Below are positions 35,513 to 46,800 of a stretch of 64,000 bases of DNA, piece by piece. The position numbers were made by a program, and so were the translations under genes. The notes under the pieces were generated by a model, which saw only the letters and a list, made by a program, of their open reading frames with translations, searched no databases and was not told the origin of the DNA. Within the stretch, counting starts at the first letter, position 1, and each line of letters starts with the position of its first letter. Location of the stretch: contig OZ251238.1 in NCBI GenBank assembly GCA_965240325.2, forward strand, positions 1,607,115 through 1,671,114. Reading direction: 5' to 3'. This DNA comes from Rebecca billardiae RCC1528 (taxonomy: Eukaryota > Protista > Haptophyta).

Positions 35513-37072
35513 ATGCCCGCCCGCGCTCCCAATGCCGCGCGCATTCGCGTGCAGACCGGGCCCAACGAGTTCGTTGCGGCCTGCGCCGCGCCGCTGTTTG
35601 ACGCGCCCGACTCGCTCGAGGCCGTGTGCCTCCTCAACGGCCTCAAGCTCGTCGCCGCGACGGATGACGCGAGCGCGGCAGGTATCGCCAAGGCGCTTGG
35701 CGAGCGGCCCGACGTGGTCGTCGTCTCGTTCGAGGTACTGGCGGCCGTGAACAGCCTCGAGGGCGTCCCCGACGCCGCGGCGATGGCCAAGTGTCTCTCC
35801 GAGGTGAAGGACCTCCGCGTCATGGCGGGTTGCGCGTCGTCCCTGGCGGGTTTCGGCGCTCGCGGCGGCGCAGTCACGTCGTTCTCCAGCGACGCGCTGG
35901 CGCGGCTCCGTAGCCGACCTGTCGCCGACCTCCTCAACGAGCGCGTGCAGATCCCCGACGGCGCGTGCCAAGGCGCGACGGCTCGCACGTTGCTCCTGCC
36001 CGCGATCGCTGTCGACGCCGATGCCGACGCGCTCGTGGAGGCGTGCTGCGGCGCTGGGCGCGTAGGCGCGGGCGCCGGGTCGATCATGGCGTTCCTCGAG
36101 TTCGGCGTGCTGCACCAGTTCCCCGCGCTCCGGGCCATGAAAGCTGGCCTCGCCTCGCGCGGGAGCTCGGCCGGCGCGATGGTGCGTTGCATGCGCGCCT
36201 TCGCGGCGGTCACGGCGGCCGAGGTGGGCGACGCCGAGTCAATTCGCGCGCTCGTGCTCGAGTTCGAGGAGCGCGCCCTCCTCGACACGCCGCTGTGCGA
36301 CGCATTTACGTCCGGGCTCCTCGCCAGCGGCTTCGCGTGGATCGCAGTGAGCCTCGTCGACCTCGGTCTGTGCTCGCTGAGCATGGTGAGCCGCCTGCCG
36401 GCGATGGGCGGCAGGGACGGCACCGAGCACGCGCTCTCCCTCTCCACGCTCGCCGCTGCGGTCAGCTGGCTTGTCGAGGCGCGGCCGCAGGTGGACGACC
36501 CCGCGTTCGCGGCGAACGTCGCGAATGCGCTCGACCTCGAGAGCACGCACACGTATCCCGCGCGCTTCGTCGAGTTCGTTTGCGGCAATGCGGTCCGCGA
36601 GCAGATCAACCGGCTGCTCGCGGACGAGTCGCTCCCGTGCGCGCAGGCCGAGCCCTTCCACCTCGCGCAGCAGCGCACGCACGGGTTCGCCGCGGCTCTC
36701 AAGCAGACGAAGCGCGTGCTCCTCGGCGCCGTCCAGGCGCGCATCAACAGCGTCATCAGCGACGTGCGCGAGGCCAAATGCGTGCTTCCTGTGAGCGAGC
36801 GCGACCCAGTCGTGCTGCTGCGCGTGCCGTCCACGCGCGCGCAGGCGATCGTCGAGAAGCTCAAGGCTGCCATCGCGCAGGTGCCGCCCGAGCTGGGGCA
36901 TCCGTCCGAGACGATGTACGCGCTGGCCGCGGTCGGCGAGGGCGGCAAGCCTCTGTCCGCCGTGCTCCGTGCCCTGCGTGACGCGCACGGCAGCCAGGTG
37001 CCGCTCGTCGCCGCGCCCGCGCCCGCGGCCGGCACGCTCACGTCGCCGTCGGACGGCACCGGCGGTGGGTAG
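35513..37072 (+). CDS. Hypothetical protein (519 aa), intronless, no recognised domain
   Basis: Long ORF with GC3 bias and balanced globular composition; TA-rich tract downstream (~37309-37329). Confidence 0.7.
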   Translation: MPARAPNAARIRVQTGPNEFVAACAAPLFDAPDSLEAVCLLNGLKLVAATDDASAAGIAKALGERPDVVVVSFEVLAAVNSLEGVPDAAAMAKCLSEVKDLRVMAGCASSLAGFGARGGAVTSFSSDALARLRSRPVADLLNERVQIPDGACQGATARTLLLPAIAVDADADALVEACCGAGRVGAGAGSIMAFLEFGVLHQFPALRAMKAGLASRGSSAGAMVRCMRAFAAVTAAEVGDAESIRALVLEFEERALLDTPLCDAFTSGLLASGFAWIAVSLVDLGLCSLSMVSRLPAMGGRDGTEHALSLSTLAAAVSWLVEARPQVDDPAFAANVANALDLESTHTYPARFVEFVCGNAVREQINRLLADESLPCAQAEPFHLAQQRTHGFAAALKQTKRVLLGAVQARINSVISDVREAKCVLPVSERDPVVLLRVPSTRAQAIVEKLKAAIAQVPPELGHPSETMYALAAVGEGGKPLSAVLRALRDAHGSQVPLVAAPAPAAGTLTSPSDGTGGG

Positions 37073-37585
37073 GCGCCACGCCCGCGCGTCGGCCGTGCGC
37101 GTGCCGTGCGCCGCCTCGGTGTCGCCGCCTCGTCGTCGCGCTCGCCTCGCCGCCACGCTGCCCCTCGTCGCGCCCGTGACCCGCGGTTCGGCCTCGGTCG
37201 GGCCGGCCGCATGCATGCATGCACCACCATGTCCATACCATCTGAGTGACAGTTTCATCACCACGACGCCGTGCGGTCCCCTGGCGTTCGGACCCATCGA
37301 CGAAGCTCATATATAATAATATATATATACAGTCTGAAAGGCCCTGGGACCAAGCCAAGTTGATGCTCTGATATACGGAGGGCCTCGAGCATCATCAACC
37401 GGTCCGCGCGCCCGCGGCCGCGTTCTCGCGGGCCGTCTATCTATCTACTCGCGTCAACGCGGCGGCCGGCGCGCGAGTACGGAGTGATATATGGCATCCA
37501 TCGATCGTCACGCGTAGTGTACGTCACCGAGTCCGTGACCGTGTAGTCCGACTGTCCGACACGGACGACGACGACGACGAAATTG

Positions 37586-37587
37586 AT

Positions 37588-37638
<51 letters not shown>

Positions 37639-37707
37639 CATATATATACATATATATACATATATATACATATATATACATATATATACATATATATACA
37701 TATATAT

Positions 37708-37757
<50 letters not shown>
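37586..37757. repeat. Compound microsatellite (TACA)n (CA)n (TATATATACA)n (TA)n
   Basis: Directly visible. Confidence 0.95.
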
Positions 37758-37761
<4 letters not shown>

Positions 37762-38796
37762 TGAGCTGACGCAGCCTGGAGCGCGCATCTCAGCAGATGG
37801 CGTCGCCGCTGGGACGTCAGGGCCGGCGCCGCACCAGGCGGGCCGGCGGCATCAGCTACGGAGCAGTGGCTGGCTCTGGCGGCGCGCGCGCGCGGCGCGC
37901 GCGGCGGCAGGAGCGCGAGCGCAGCAGCGCTGGCGCGGATCGACGTGGACGCGGAGCGCGGACGCGGCAGCGCGGACGCGGAGCGACACGGACGCGGCGC
38001 GTGCGCGGGCGGTACGGCCCGGCGCAGCGCGGCACGGTGACGTCGCACGGGCATGGCCCGGCCGCCATCGTGGAAGCGTGTTGGAGTTCTCGAGAACGCA
38101 AACACGACCGTTTCATCCAGAAATTCATCACGGACGAGGACGTCCGGATTCAACGGGTACACGGATCCAGAAACCGTGTGCGACCAGCAGTTACGGCGGT
38201 GCGTCGGGAACACCTGTGATTGGTTGACGCACGGGGCGTGCGGCTCGGAATCATTGAGATTCCCCGAGCCGGGCCAGCAAACGCCGGGTCACCCCGCCGG
38301 AGCCGAAAAGAGCTCGGCGGGAGGTTAGTTTCGCTCGTCCGAAGAGCGAGGGTCAGATTGCCTCGTGGGCGTCATCGTCGACGCGCCCGGCTACGCGCCG
38401 GTGAGCTTTTAGCAGGGCTCGACACGCTCGGAGCTCGCGTTTACCCAATAATATGTGGCGCGGCTAGGCATCCCAACATAGTAATTAATTAGTGGGTTCA
38501 AAGCTCCGACCGTCACGCACCCGACGACTCCCGAGTGCTGACGATACACAATCTATCTCATTCAATCTCCCGAAATCTCGAAATGTATGAGCAAATATCT
38601 CCGTGCTGAGTCATCCGTCTACCCCAGCGGATAATCCGCGAAGCCTAAAGACGAACTGTTTATAATGCAACTTAATAGGTTCGTCTAGGCTTGATTCCTG
38701 GGTGTAGAATATTTCAGACTGTCGACTACATGTGACCCGTAGCCGGTGCGATTCTGTTGCGCAAGCGAGATCACCTTGGGCTTGGAGACCGTGACT

Positions 38797-40705
38797 TAGG
38801 TGGGCCCACAGCCATTTAATAATGAAAACAAAATCTCTCTAGCTTTTTCGGGCCGCTGCCGTGCTCTTTTTCTCGCGCTGAAGTCCCTTTTCCAGGCCGC
38901 CAAACTCCCTGTCCGGGAAGCCGGTCGATCGCGAAAGCGATGACCGGGATCGACCTTGTGCGCGTCGTCAGCGCGTTGTCCGCCGCGCTTGCCCGTCTGC
39001 CATGCGAGGCGCGCTGCGCCGCACGCCCGTGGCGTGCTGCGTAGCCCTCTGGAACGAGCCATGCGAACGGTTCATCCTTGGGCCATCTTCCCGGTCCGCC
39101 ATCTCTCGCCGACAGTCGCGCGTTCAAACACGGGAACAGCTTTGAGGATTGTAATGCGAGCACAACGCGAGCTTGGGACACCCTTGAACGAACTGGTACA
39201 CTCCGGAGCGTTACTGGTACAGCATCTACATGGTATCCTGGCAAGGCCCAGCTACTTCTGCGGCCCTGCAGAGACCCGCCTCGTCGGTCAGGTCCCCGGA
39301 AGTCTGTGCGGTGTGACCGAACGCTATGGCTGTTCACATGATCGTGGGCGTCTTGGGGAAGGATCTGATGGTCAAACAGCGGTCAAAGTGGATGCGTGTG
39401 CCGTCTGTTACCTCCCCGGCCTCGACTCAACTCTCAGTGCCGACGCACCTCAGGTGTTTGGAAGCCACGAGCCCCTTGGAGGGCCTCGAGCCACACGATT
39501 GCACGAGGTCGGGCTGCGCGTCAAGCCGGGTAGATCGCAGCTGATGCGCTTGTTGAGCCCTGTCGCGGCTCTACGCGTACCTCAAGAGCCCAGCTACTCC
39601 CCCGCGCGGCCGCACAGCAGTCGCCCCGCCTCTGCTTGGTCATCCGCTGTGCGCCGTGCTCGCTGCGGACAGTACAGTTGATGCGTTCACCAGTGATTTG
39701 AGCCCTTCGTGAGCCTGCCCGGGCACGTTGGTGGCGCCGCCGACGCCGGTGCACGGTCAGCAGGCGTACCAGCTTGCCTGCGAGCCATGTCTCGCCCTGC
39801 TGCCACGCAGGAAGCGGTGATGAGTGCACATAGCTACGCGCGCGCGCGCCACGGCGAGCCAGCTCGGCACTGCGACGAAGCGGCCAGTTGCGCACAGTTA
39901 GGCAGCTAGGACGGTCCAGCTGAGGACAGCTCGGACACACCTTGGTCGCAGTGTAGAGCAACGGTTAGGTCGCGGCATGAGAAAAGGCGTTCGATGCATA
40001 GCAGTGCCTGCCTTGCACGCCACAGATGAGCACTCGACGTGAACCTTGTCCGTGTTCAACGCTGCGGGCTGCTGGATGTGCCCGGCGCCGCGTGCACCAC
40101 TCCTGCTTGCCTTGACCACGGCGGGCGGGCTGGCTCCGCGACTCGGTGCGGCTCAATCTTTGCCCACGGCTCCTTAAGACTCATCCTTCGAGGGTAGAAG
40201 GGTTGGAAAAATTCTTAGGTGTCACATGCACGCCGTACGGCTGCTACGAGAGCAGTCTGAAACAGTCTGAAATACTATGGCAGCCATGCTGATCAGCATG
40301 GTGGTGTATATGTAACGCACGGGTGTAACGGCCGTTATCCCGTATTCTCACAGTGCCCGTATACGCCGTATATGTGACAATGGGTGTGCATGCTGCTGAA
40401 GACCTATGATCAGCTAGCATCAAAGTGCTATATCAAAGTGACGTCTGTTGACCCTACTATATATCACGTTTAAGACGCCCGTTACATGGCCGTTACATTG
40501 GTCACAGGCCATTTCCAATAAGTAAATAGGACCACCGTTACTCCCTATATTTACAGCATGTACCACTGGTTTTTTAACCAGGCAGGCCAGGGGCCAGCAT
40601 CTCCTGGGGCTGGAATCCAGCTCGAGACGAATATAAAGTAAACATCGCGCTATGAGCTCGCGCTCTGCGTCACTATAATCACACAGTGGCCAGTGGGCCC
40701 ACCTA
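38797..40705 (+). mobile_element. Second decayed hAT-like element (~1.9 kb)
   Basis: TIR TAGGTGGGCCCAC (38797-38809) / GTGGGCCCACCTA (40693-40705), with degenerate flanking duplication ACCGTGACT / ACCGTGTAT. The remnant QRELGTPLNELVH..[frameshift]WYSIYMV (~39160-39235) resembles the hAT TRWNSxYxM motif. Subterminal GTAACG/CGTTAC repeats lie at ~40310-40530. Confidence 0.65.
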
Positions 40706-41882
40706 ACCGTGTATCGTCAGCAGCATCTCCCCGCCTATATTATCATTAATGGTATTGCCGAGATCTCGTCGAGATTGACCGGTCGGTGTGTTTTATTTCA
40801 TCATCGCGTCACTCGATCGCCAGACGGCTAGCCCAAAGGCGACATAGGCAGCATTCATCAATTATTCGCCAAAACGTGGTGCCATGGCGGCTTGCCCGCT
40901 GGTGCGGGTGCCGGCGCTAGTCCGGAATAGTGATGGCACGCCATTCGCGCATTCTCGTGTTGAGGCGCTGCGCTGTGGCGAAGGATTCAGATATGCTGCT
41001 TCGCCTTGCCGTGGTGCTTCGCCTTGACACAGGGGTCACTCGCGGTGCACGGCAGTGTGTACGATGCAGCCGGCAAGCGGCGCCGCTGCGTCGCACCCAT
41101 GTCAGTTAGCGACCAGTTCACGGCCAGATGGACTGCAATCGCCACCAGCTCTAAGCGCTCCGCCGCCACTACCTTGTCGAGCTCGTTCAGTCACGTCGGG
41201 AACGCCGACGGTCACGTCGCGGCTTTAGATGGGCACATGTTTGCGGTCTCGACCACGATCGCTTACACAGCAACAACCAGCCAACCCTTCGCCTCAGCGT
41301 CGGCGTTCGAGCCTGGGTCGTCGATCAGCCAGGGGCCACTGTAGTGCGCGCGAGCTCATGCCATGTCGTGCATGCGGTCCAGCGCCTGTGCCCAACACCT
41401 CGATCGCGCGAGCTGCAACGGCACATCGGCGGGTGAGACAGAGACCTGCGACACAGCCGAGATACCCAGCGCGACCAATCACCTCCGTCTCGCGAATCGC
41501 CGCCACGTGTCCATTCTCATCCACGGGACCACCTGCTGCAGCTGATGCGCCGCCGGCGTGATGCGTACCGCCGGAGTGCCGATGAGCACTCAGAGCAGTT
41601 GCGGACGATCACCCCCGCCTCACGTCGTCGTCTTCTCGAGCCTGGGTGCCCATGCGCTCCATCCACCGTCGCACCCAACGCCGTCAGGTGTTGCCCGGCC
41701 CGCGGCCGCCTCTCCTGGGCCCAAGCACCCAAAGTGCCGGGGTTGTGGTGACGTTGTGGCAGCCATGCGTCGCTCGGCCAAGGGTGTCCAGGTCCGCAAC
41801 TCGCAGTGCGCAGCGCGGCGGAGGCTCACTACAGTACTGTACGGTGATCGCGAGGTCGCCGCTCGCCACTGTGGCACTCGCC

Positions 41883-42817
41883 CGCCCCCCGCCGTGCACG
41901 GTGGCCGAGCCGCTCGCGCCGTGCGCTCCTGCGGCCGTCGGATCGGGCTGCGTAGGCGGCGCGCGGCTTGGGCCGTCGCAGAGCCACCCAGCGCCCCTCT
42001 CTGCGCCGCGCGCCTTCCTCGTCCTCGCCTCCTCCGCGCCTTGGAGCAGCACGCACACGCGCGGCGCCGCACAAAGGCAGCCCAGGCGCTCGCGCGCAAG
42101 CGCGCGCGCGCGCAGCGCGACGGGCTCGACTCGGGGCTCGAACCGCTGCGGGAGCACGCAGTACCATCGCACACGCGCGCGACGCCACATCGAGCCTGCC
42201 TGTCTGTGCGTCAGTGCACGCTGATGCACGATACAAACTGCGCTGACCTGGCATCATCACACGTGCGACGGAAGCTCCCACAACGGGCCTTGCGTGCGTC
42301 GACGCGATCGATGCGGAGACGGTCATGCTTGCGTGCGCTTCTCTTGTGGTCTCCACGCTTGCTGAGAAGCGCCGCGTACGTAGCCGTCATCGTGTCCTGC
42401 CTAAGAAGTCGTCCTGACGCATGGCAAGTTCTGGTCAGATTGGGCCTACTTCAACGCGAGGACGTGTGAGCATTTGGCGCGTGCCGGTCACAGCGATGCG
42501 CAGGCTCGAGGTGGCGTCGCGCGCGCATGTGATGGCGCTGCATGCCCCCGCAGCGGCTCGAGCCCCGAGTCGAGCCCGTCGCGCTGCGCGCGCGCGCGCT
42601 TGCGCGCGGGCGCCTGGGCTGCCTTTGTGGCGGCGCCGCGCATGTGCGTGCTGATTCAAGGCGCGGAGGAGGCGAGGACGAGGAAGGCGCGTGGCGCAGA
42701 GAGGGGCGCCGGGTGGCTCTGCGACGGCTCAAGCCCCGCGCCGCCTCCGCGGCCCGACCCGACGGCCGCAGGAGCGCACGGCGCGAGCGGCTCGGCCACC
42801 GTGCACGGCGGTGGGCG
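41883..42817. repeat. Long inverted repeat (foldback): ~317-bp arms 41883-42199 and 42500-42817, ~300-bp spacer
   Basis: The arms are reverse complements with scattered substitutions, e.g. GCCGTGCACGGTGGCCGAGCCGCTCGCGCCGTGCGCTCCTGCGGCCGTCG versus its reverse complement at ~42760-42810. Confidence 0.9.
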
Positions 42818-42926
42818 ACCTTGCGATGACAGCCTCTGCCGCGCTCTGCCTGTTCGCGGACACACAACTGTGCAGTTTACTGTCTCTCAGATCTAAAGCT
42901 ATGTGCACACTTGGTTCAGTAGCTAC

Positions 42927-42974
42927 ACAGTTTACTAAGAATAAGAGACGCACACAGCTCAGGCAGGCGAGATT
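42927..42974 (+). repeat. ~48-bp junction motif, copy 4
   Basis: Identical in opposite orientation to 25659-25706; flanked by the near-duplication TTCAGTAGCTA / TTCAGTACCTA. Confidence 0.9.
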
Positions 42975-43852
42975 CAGTACCTAGCAGGCTAGCACGCCAA
43001 CTTTTCCCAGCAGAATCGTTCGACGATGGCGCTGCCGTCTCCAGGCGCGAGCTGGCAGGGAGGCGAGGGGCTCGCCGCGAGCAGGCTGGCGCGCACACTC
43101 GGACGACGGTGCCGACGACGTACAGGGCGCGTGACTGTCGCCGTGGTCAGCCCCGGCTGCCCGCGCGGCGGCGCTCACGGCTGGCTGATTGTCAATCCAA
43201 ACCTTGCGCACGGCGGACCCGGCCCGTCGGTGCTGGCGGGTGGCTGTAGCCGATGTCGCTCGCCTATGGCGGCCGACCGCGGGGGGTGTGGGTGCGTGAG
43301 ACACCCGCTGCTCCTTTCCGTGACCCCTTGCGGCCGTCCCGCCAGCGCTTCCCCGCACTCGTCCCCAGCCGCCGGCATGCGCCTCCTTGCAACCAGACGG
43401 CCTGAGCCGGGCCGGCGCGCCCGGCGCTGGCGTGCCGCCGCGCGGCTGCCGTGGCGTGAGTTGCGTGCGTGCGTGCGGCGAGCGACCGAGGGCAGTCCGT
43501 GATGCCGACCGACCCCGTGCGTGGGGCGCATACTTCGCGAGCCCGGACTCGTGTCGGGGCGGAGCCGTGCCGGGCTGCCCCCCCCCCCCCCCCCTTCCTA
43601 CCTCTCGTGCCCGCACCCGGTCGACTGCAAGCAAGTCATGGCGGGCCTTGCCTCACTCCACCCGTCCCAGCCCCCTACATCTGGCTGGTACTCTCCGCCA
43701 TCGCACTCGCTTCACGCGAGGTGCCCGCCGAGTAACGATGGCGGCGCAGTCCAGGAGAGTACCAGACAGCCCCTACATCAAGGCTCCCTGGTATTGAAAA
43801 ATACCCGCAGCTATTCGTTGCCAGCCCATTTCATAGTCACTGGGCTCAAAAC

Positions 43853-46800
43853 ATGCCGTCGGCATGTTTTGATGAGCCCGCTGAGCCGAAGACGGGCTCA
43901 GGGGCTTTCTGGGACGGGTGGAGCGAGCCCAAAGTGCCTCGTCGCGAGCGCGGTACCAGACGCCGCCGAGCGCGAGCCATGGCGAGCCTCACTACCGACG
44001 ACAGTGGTGCGAGCAGCGAGGCGGGCGCGCGGCAGGTGCCGCTCGTCGTGCTCCGCGAGCCCGACCTCGCCGCGCTCGCGCCTGCTGCTGATGACAGCAG
44101 CCACTCGTCTTCGCCCTTGATGGCCGCCGCTGCGGCGGCGGTGGAGCGCGCGCGCGCCTTTGCAGCCGGCGCCGACGGCGGCGGTGACATGGCTGGGGGG
44201 CGGTGGGCCCCGACGACTGGCCTGGTCCACGCGGAGCGGGTGTCGCTGCCGGGCGAAGTCGGCGACGCGCTGCTGGTCGCCGCGCGCCCCGCGTCCGTGC
44301 AGCCGCAGGCCGACGGTGGTGGCGCGGGCGCGGCAACGCAGCCGGTCGCAACCTTTGTGCTCTACCCCAACGGCCGCGCGGATGACCATTGTCGCCTCGA
44401 GCCGGTGGCGGTGGGTACCGCGTCGGCGCTCGACGCGCTCGGGGGCGCGTTCGACGCGCGCGGCGCGCGCGGAGGCGCCCGCCCCGCCATGTTCATCCTC
44501 GGCGACGGCGACGACGGCGCGGTCGCGCGCGCACTCGCGCAGCTGCGCGATGGCACAGTCACTGTCGGCGATTTGCACAAGGTGCTCGCGGCCCGCCCGC
44601 AGGGAGCGGCGCTGGCGCGGCTGCCGTGGGCGCAGGCGGTCCAGGCGGGAGTCGCGAAGGAGCTGGATGCCACCGACGAGGACCACGGGCTGTACGGTGC
44701 GCCCGACGCCCGGTGGTGCGTGCGGCTGCTCTACGAGGTGCTGGATACGGACGCGCCCGTGCCTGAGGGCGAGGCGGGCGACACCGTCGAGGCGTGGCGA
44801 GGCGGTCTCGTCCAGTCGACGGCGGCAGGCGATCGCATCTACGCCATCGTGTGCGACGTGAGGGACACGCGCGACGCGCGGTGGCTGCGCGTGCGGCTCC
44901 CTGGCCTCCGCCTGGCGGACGTCGATGAGGCTGTCGATGGCGACGCGGTCGATCGGGCACGGTCGCGTGCGCATGCGATGAGCGCGGTTGAGGCAGACGG
45001 GGCGGACGGCGCGCATCGCGCTTTCGACGCTCGACTCGCGCTGTTGGAGCCGGTGCGTGCGGCGGGCGTGCTAGTGCACGCGTGCGAGGCTGCCGTCGCG
45101 CAGATGGGCTCCTCATCCGCCGACGCCCCCAAACACCATATCGGCGTGCTGCGGCTCGCCGCGCCGATGGGCCGTTCAGACGAGCCGAGTATGGCGGGTC
45201 GCTTTGCACTCGCCGCCGGCGGGACGGTGGACGCGTGCGGCATCACTCGCGTGCTCACGCTGCAGTGCGCGCTGATTGCGCTCGCGCTGCGCACCGGCGG
45301 CGCGACGATCGAGCCCGCGACCGGTCGGAGTGGCTCGCTCGTCCGGCGCCTCACCATCCCGCACGGGACGCGAAGGGTCGCTCGGCACAACGTGCGGTGC
45401 GGGGCGGCTGCGCGCGTCCGCGCGGCGCTGGTGAACGCGTGCACGCATCGTCAGCATGGCGGCATGCGGGAGCGCGCCAGCGCGCCGGGGCTGTGGCTCG
45501 ACGTGCCCTCGCTCGCCGTGAAGGCAGGGCCCTCGAACGCCGTGGGCCGGCTCGCGTTCGGCCCGGATGGTGAGCCGCCGCCCGAGGGCGGCGCAGACTC
45601 GCCCGGGCGGCCGTTCACAGCAGGCGTGCAGGGCGGCGCGGGCCCGCCCGAGACGGCAGGCGGTGCGGATGGTCGTGGCGGCGCGCCGATGACGCCGGCC
45701 GGGCCTGTCGCGCGTGGGCCGGAGGCGCTGGCCTCCGCCGACGCGCACGCCGAGGCGGCGGCGATCACGGCAGCGGCATCGCGGCTGGGCGCTGCGGCGC
45801 CGCCGCTGCGCGCCGCCGCTGATGCGGGCGCGGACTCGACCGCGGCTGGCGAGTCGCTCGGCGCGGCGGTGCCGCCGCTGCGCGCCGCCGCCGATGCGGG
45901 CGCGGGCGCGGACTCGGCTGGCGAGTCGCTCGGCGCGGCGGTGCCGCCGCTGCGCGCCGCCGCCGATGCGGGCGCGGGCGCGGACTCGGCTGGCGAGTCG
46001 CTCGGCGCGGCGGCGCCGCCGCTGCGCGCCGCCGCCGATGCGGGCGCGGGCGCGGCCGCGGCTGGCGCGCCACTCGGCGCGGCGGTGCCGCCGCTGCCCG
46101 CCGCCGCCGATGCGGCAGCGGGCGCGGGCGCGCCCGGCGCGCCGCTCGGCGCCGCGGCGCCGCCGCTGCCCGCCGCCGCCGATGCGGGCGCGGGCGCGGC
46201 CGCGGCCGGCGCGCCGCTCGGCGCCGCGGCGCCGCCGCTGCCCGCCGCCGCCGCATCGGGCGCGGGCGCGGGCGCGGCCGGCGCGCCGCTCGGCGCCGCG
46301 GCGCCGCCGCTGCGCGCCGCCGCCGATGCGGGCGCGGGCGCGGCCGCGCCCGGCGCGCCGCTCGGCGCCGCGGCGCCGCCGCTGCCCGCCGCCGCCGATG
46401 CGGGCGCGGGCGCGGCCGCGGCCGGCGCGCCGCTCGGCGCCGCGGCGCCGCCGCTGCGCGCCGCCGCCGATGCGGCAGCGGGCGCGGCCGCGGCCGGCGC
46501 GCCGCTCGGCGCCGCGGCGCCGCCGCTGCCCGCCGCCGCCGATGCGGGCGCGGGCGCGGCCACGGCCGGCGCGCCGCTCGGCGCCGCGGCGCCGCCGCTG
46601 CGCGCCGCCGCCGATGCGGGCGCGGGCGCGGGCGCGGCTGGCGAGTCGCTCGGCGCCGCGGCGCCGCCGCTGCGCGCCGCCGCCGATGCGGGCGCGGGCG
46701 CGGACTCGGCCGGCGCGCCGCTCGGCGCGGCGGTGCCGCCGCTGCCCGCCGCCGCCGATGCGGCAGCGGGCGCGGCCGCGGCCGGCGCGCCGCTCGGCGC

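Noticed and set aside
40987-41760. Short coding-looking fragments on the minus strand
   Set aside because: Interrupted and without a recognisable motif; possibly a pseudogene but not supportable.
25659-42974. A single 17-kb transposon bounded by the two identical 48-bp inverted copies
   Set aside because: No target-site duplication outside the pair, additional internal copies, and no transposase or integrase inside; kept only as one hypothesis for the motif.
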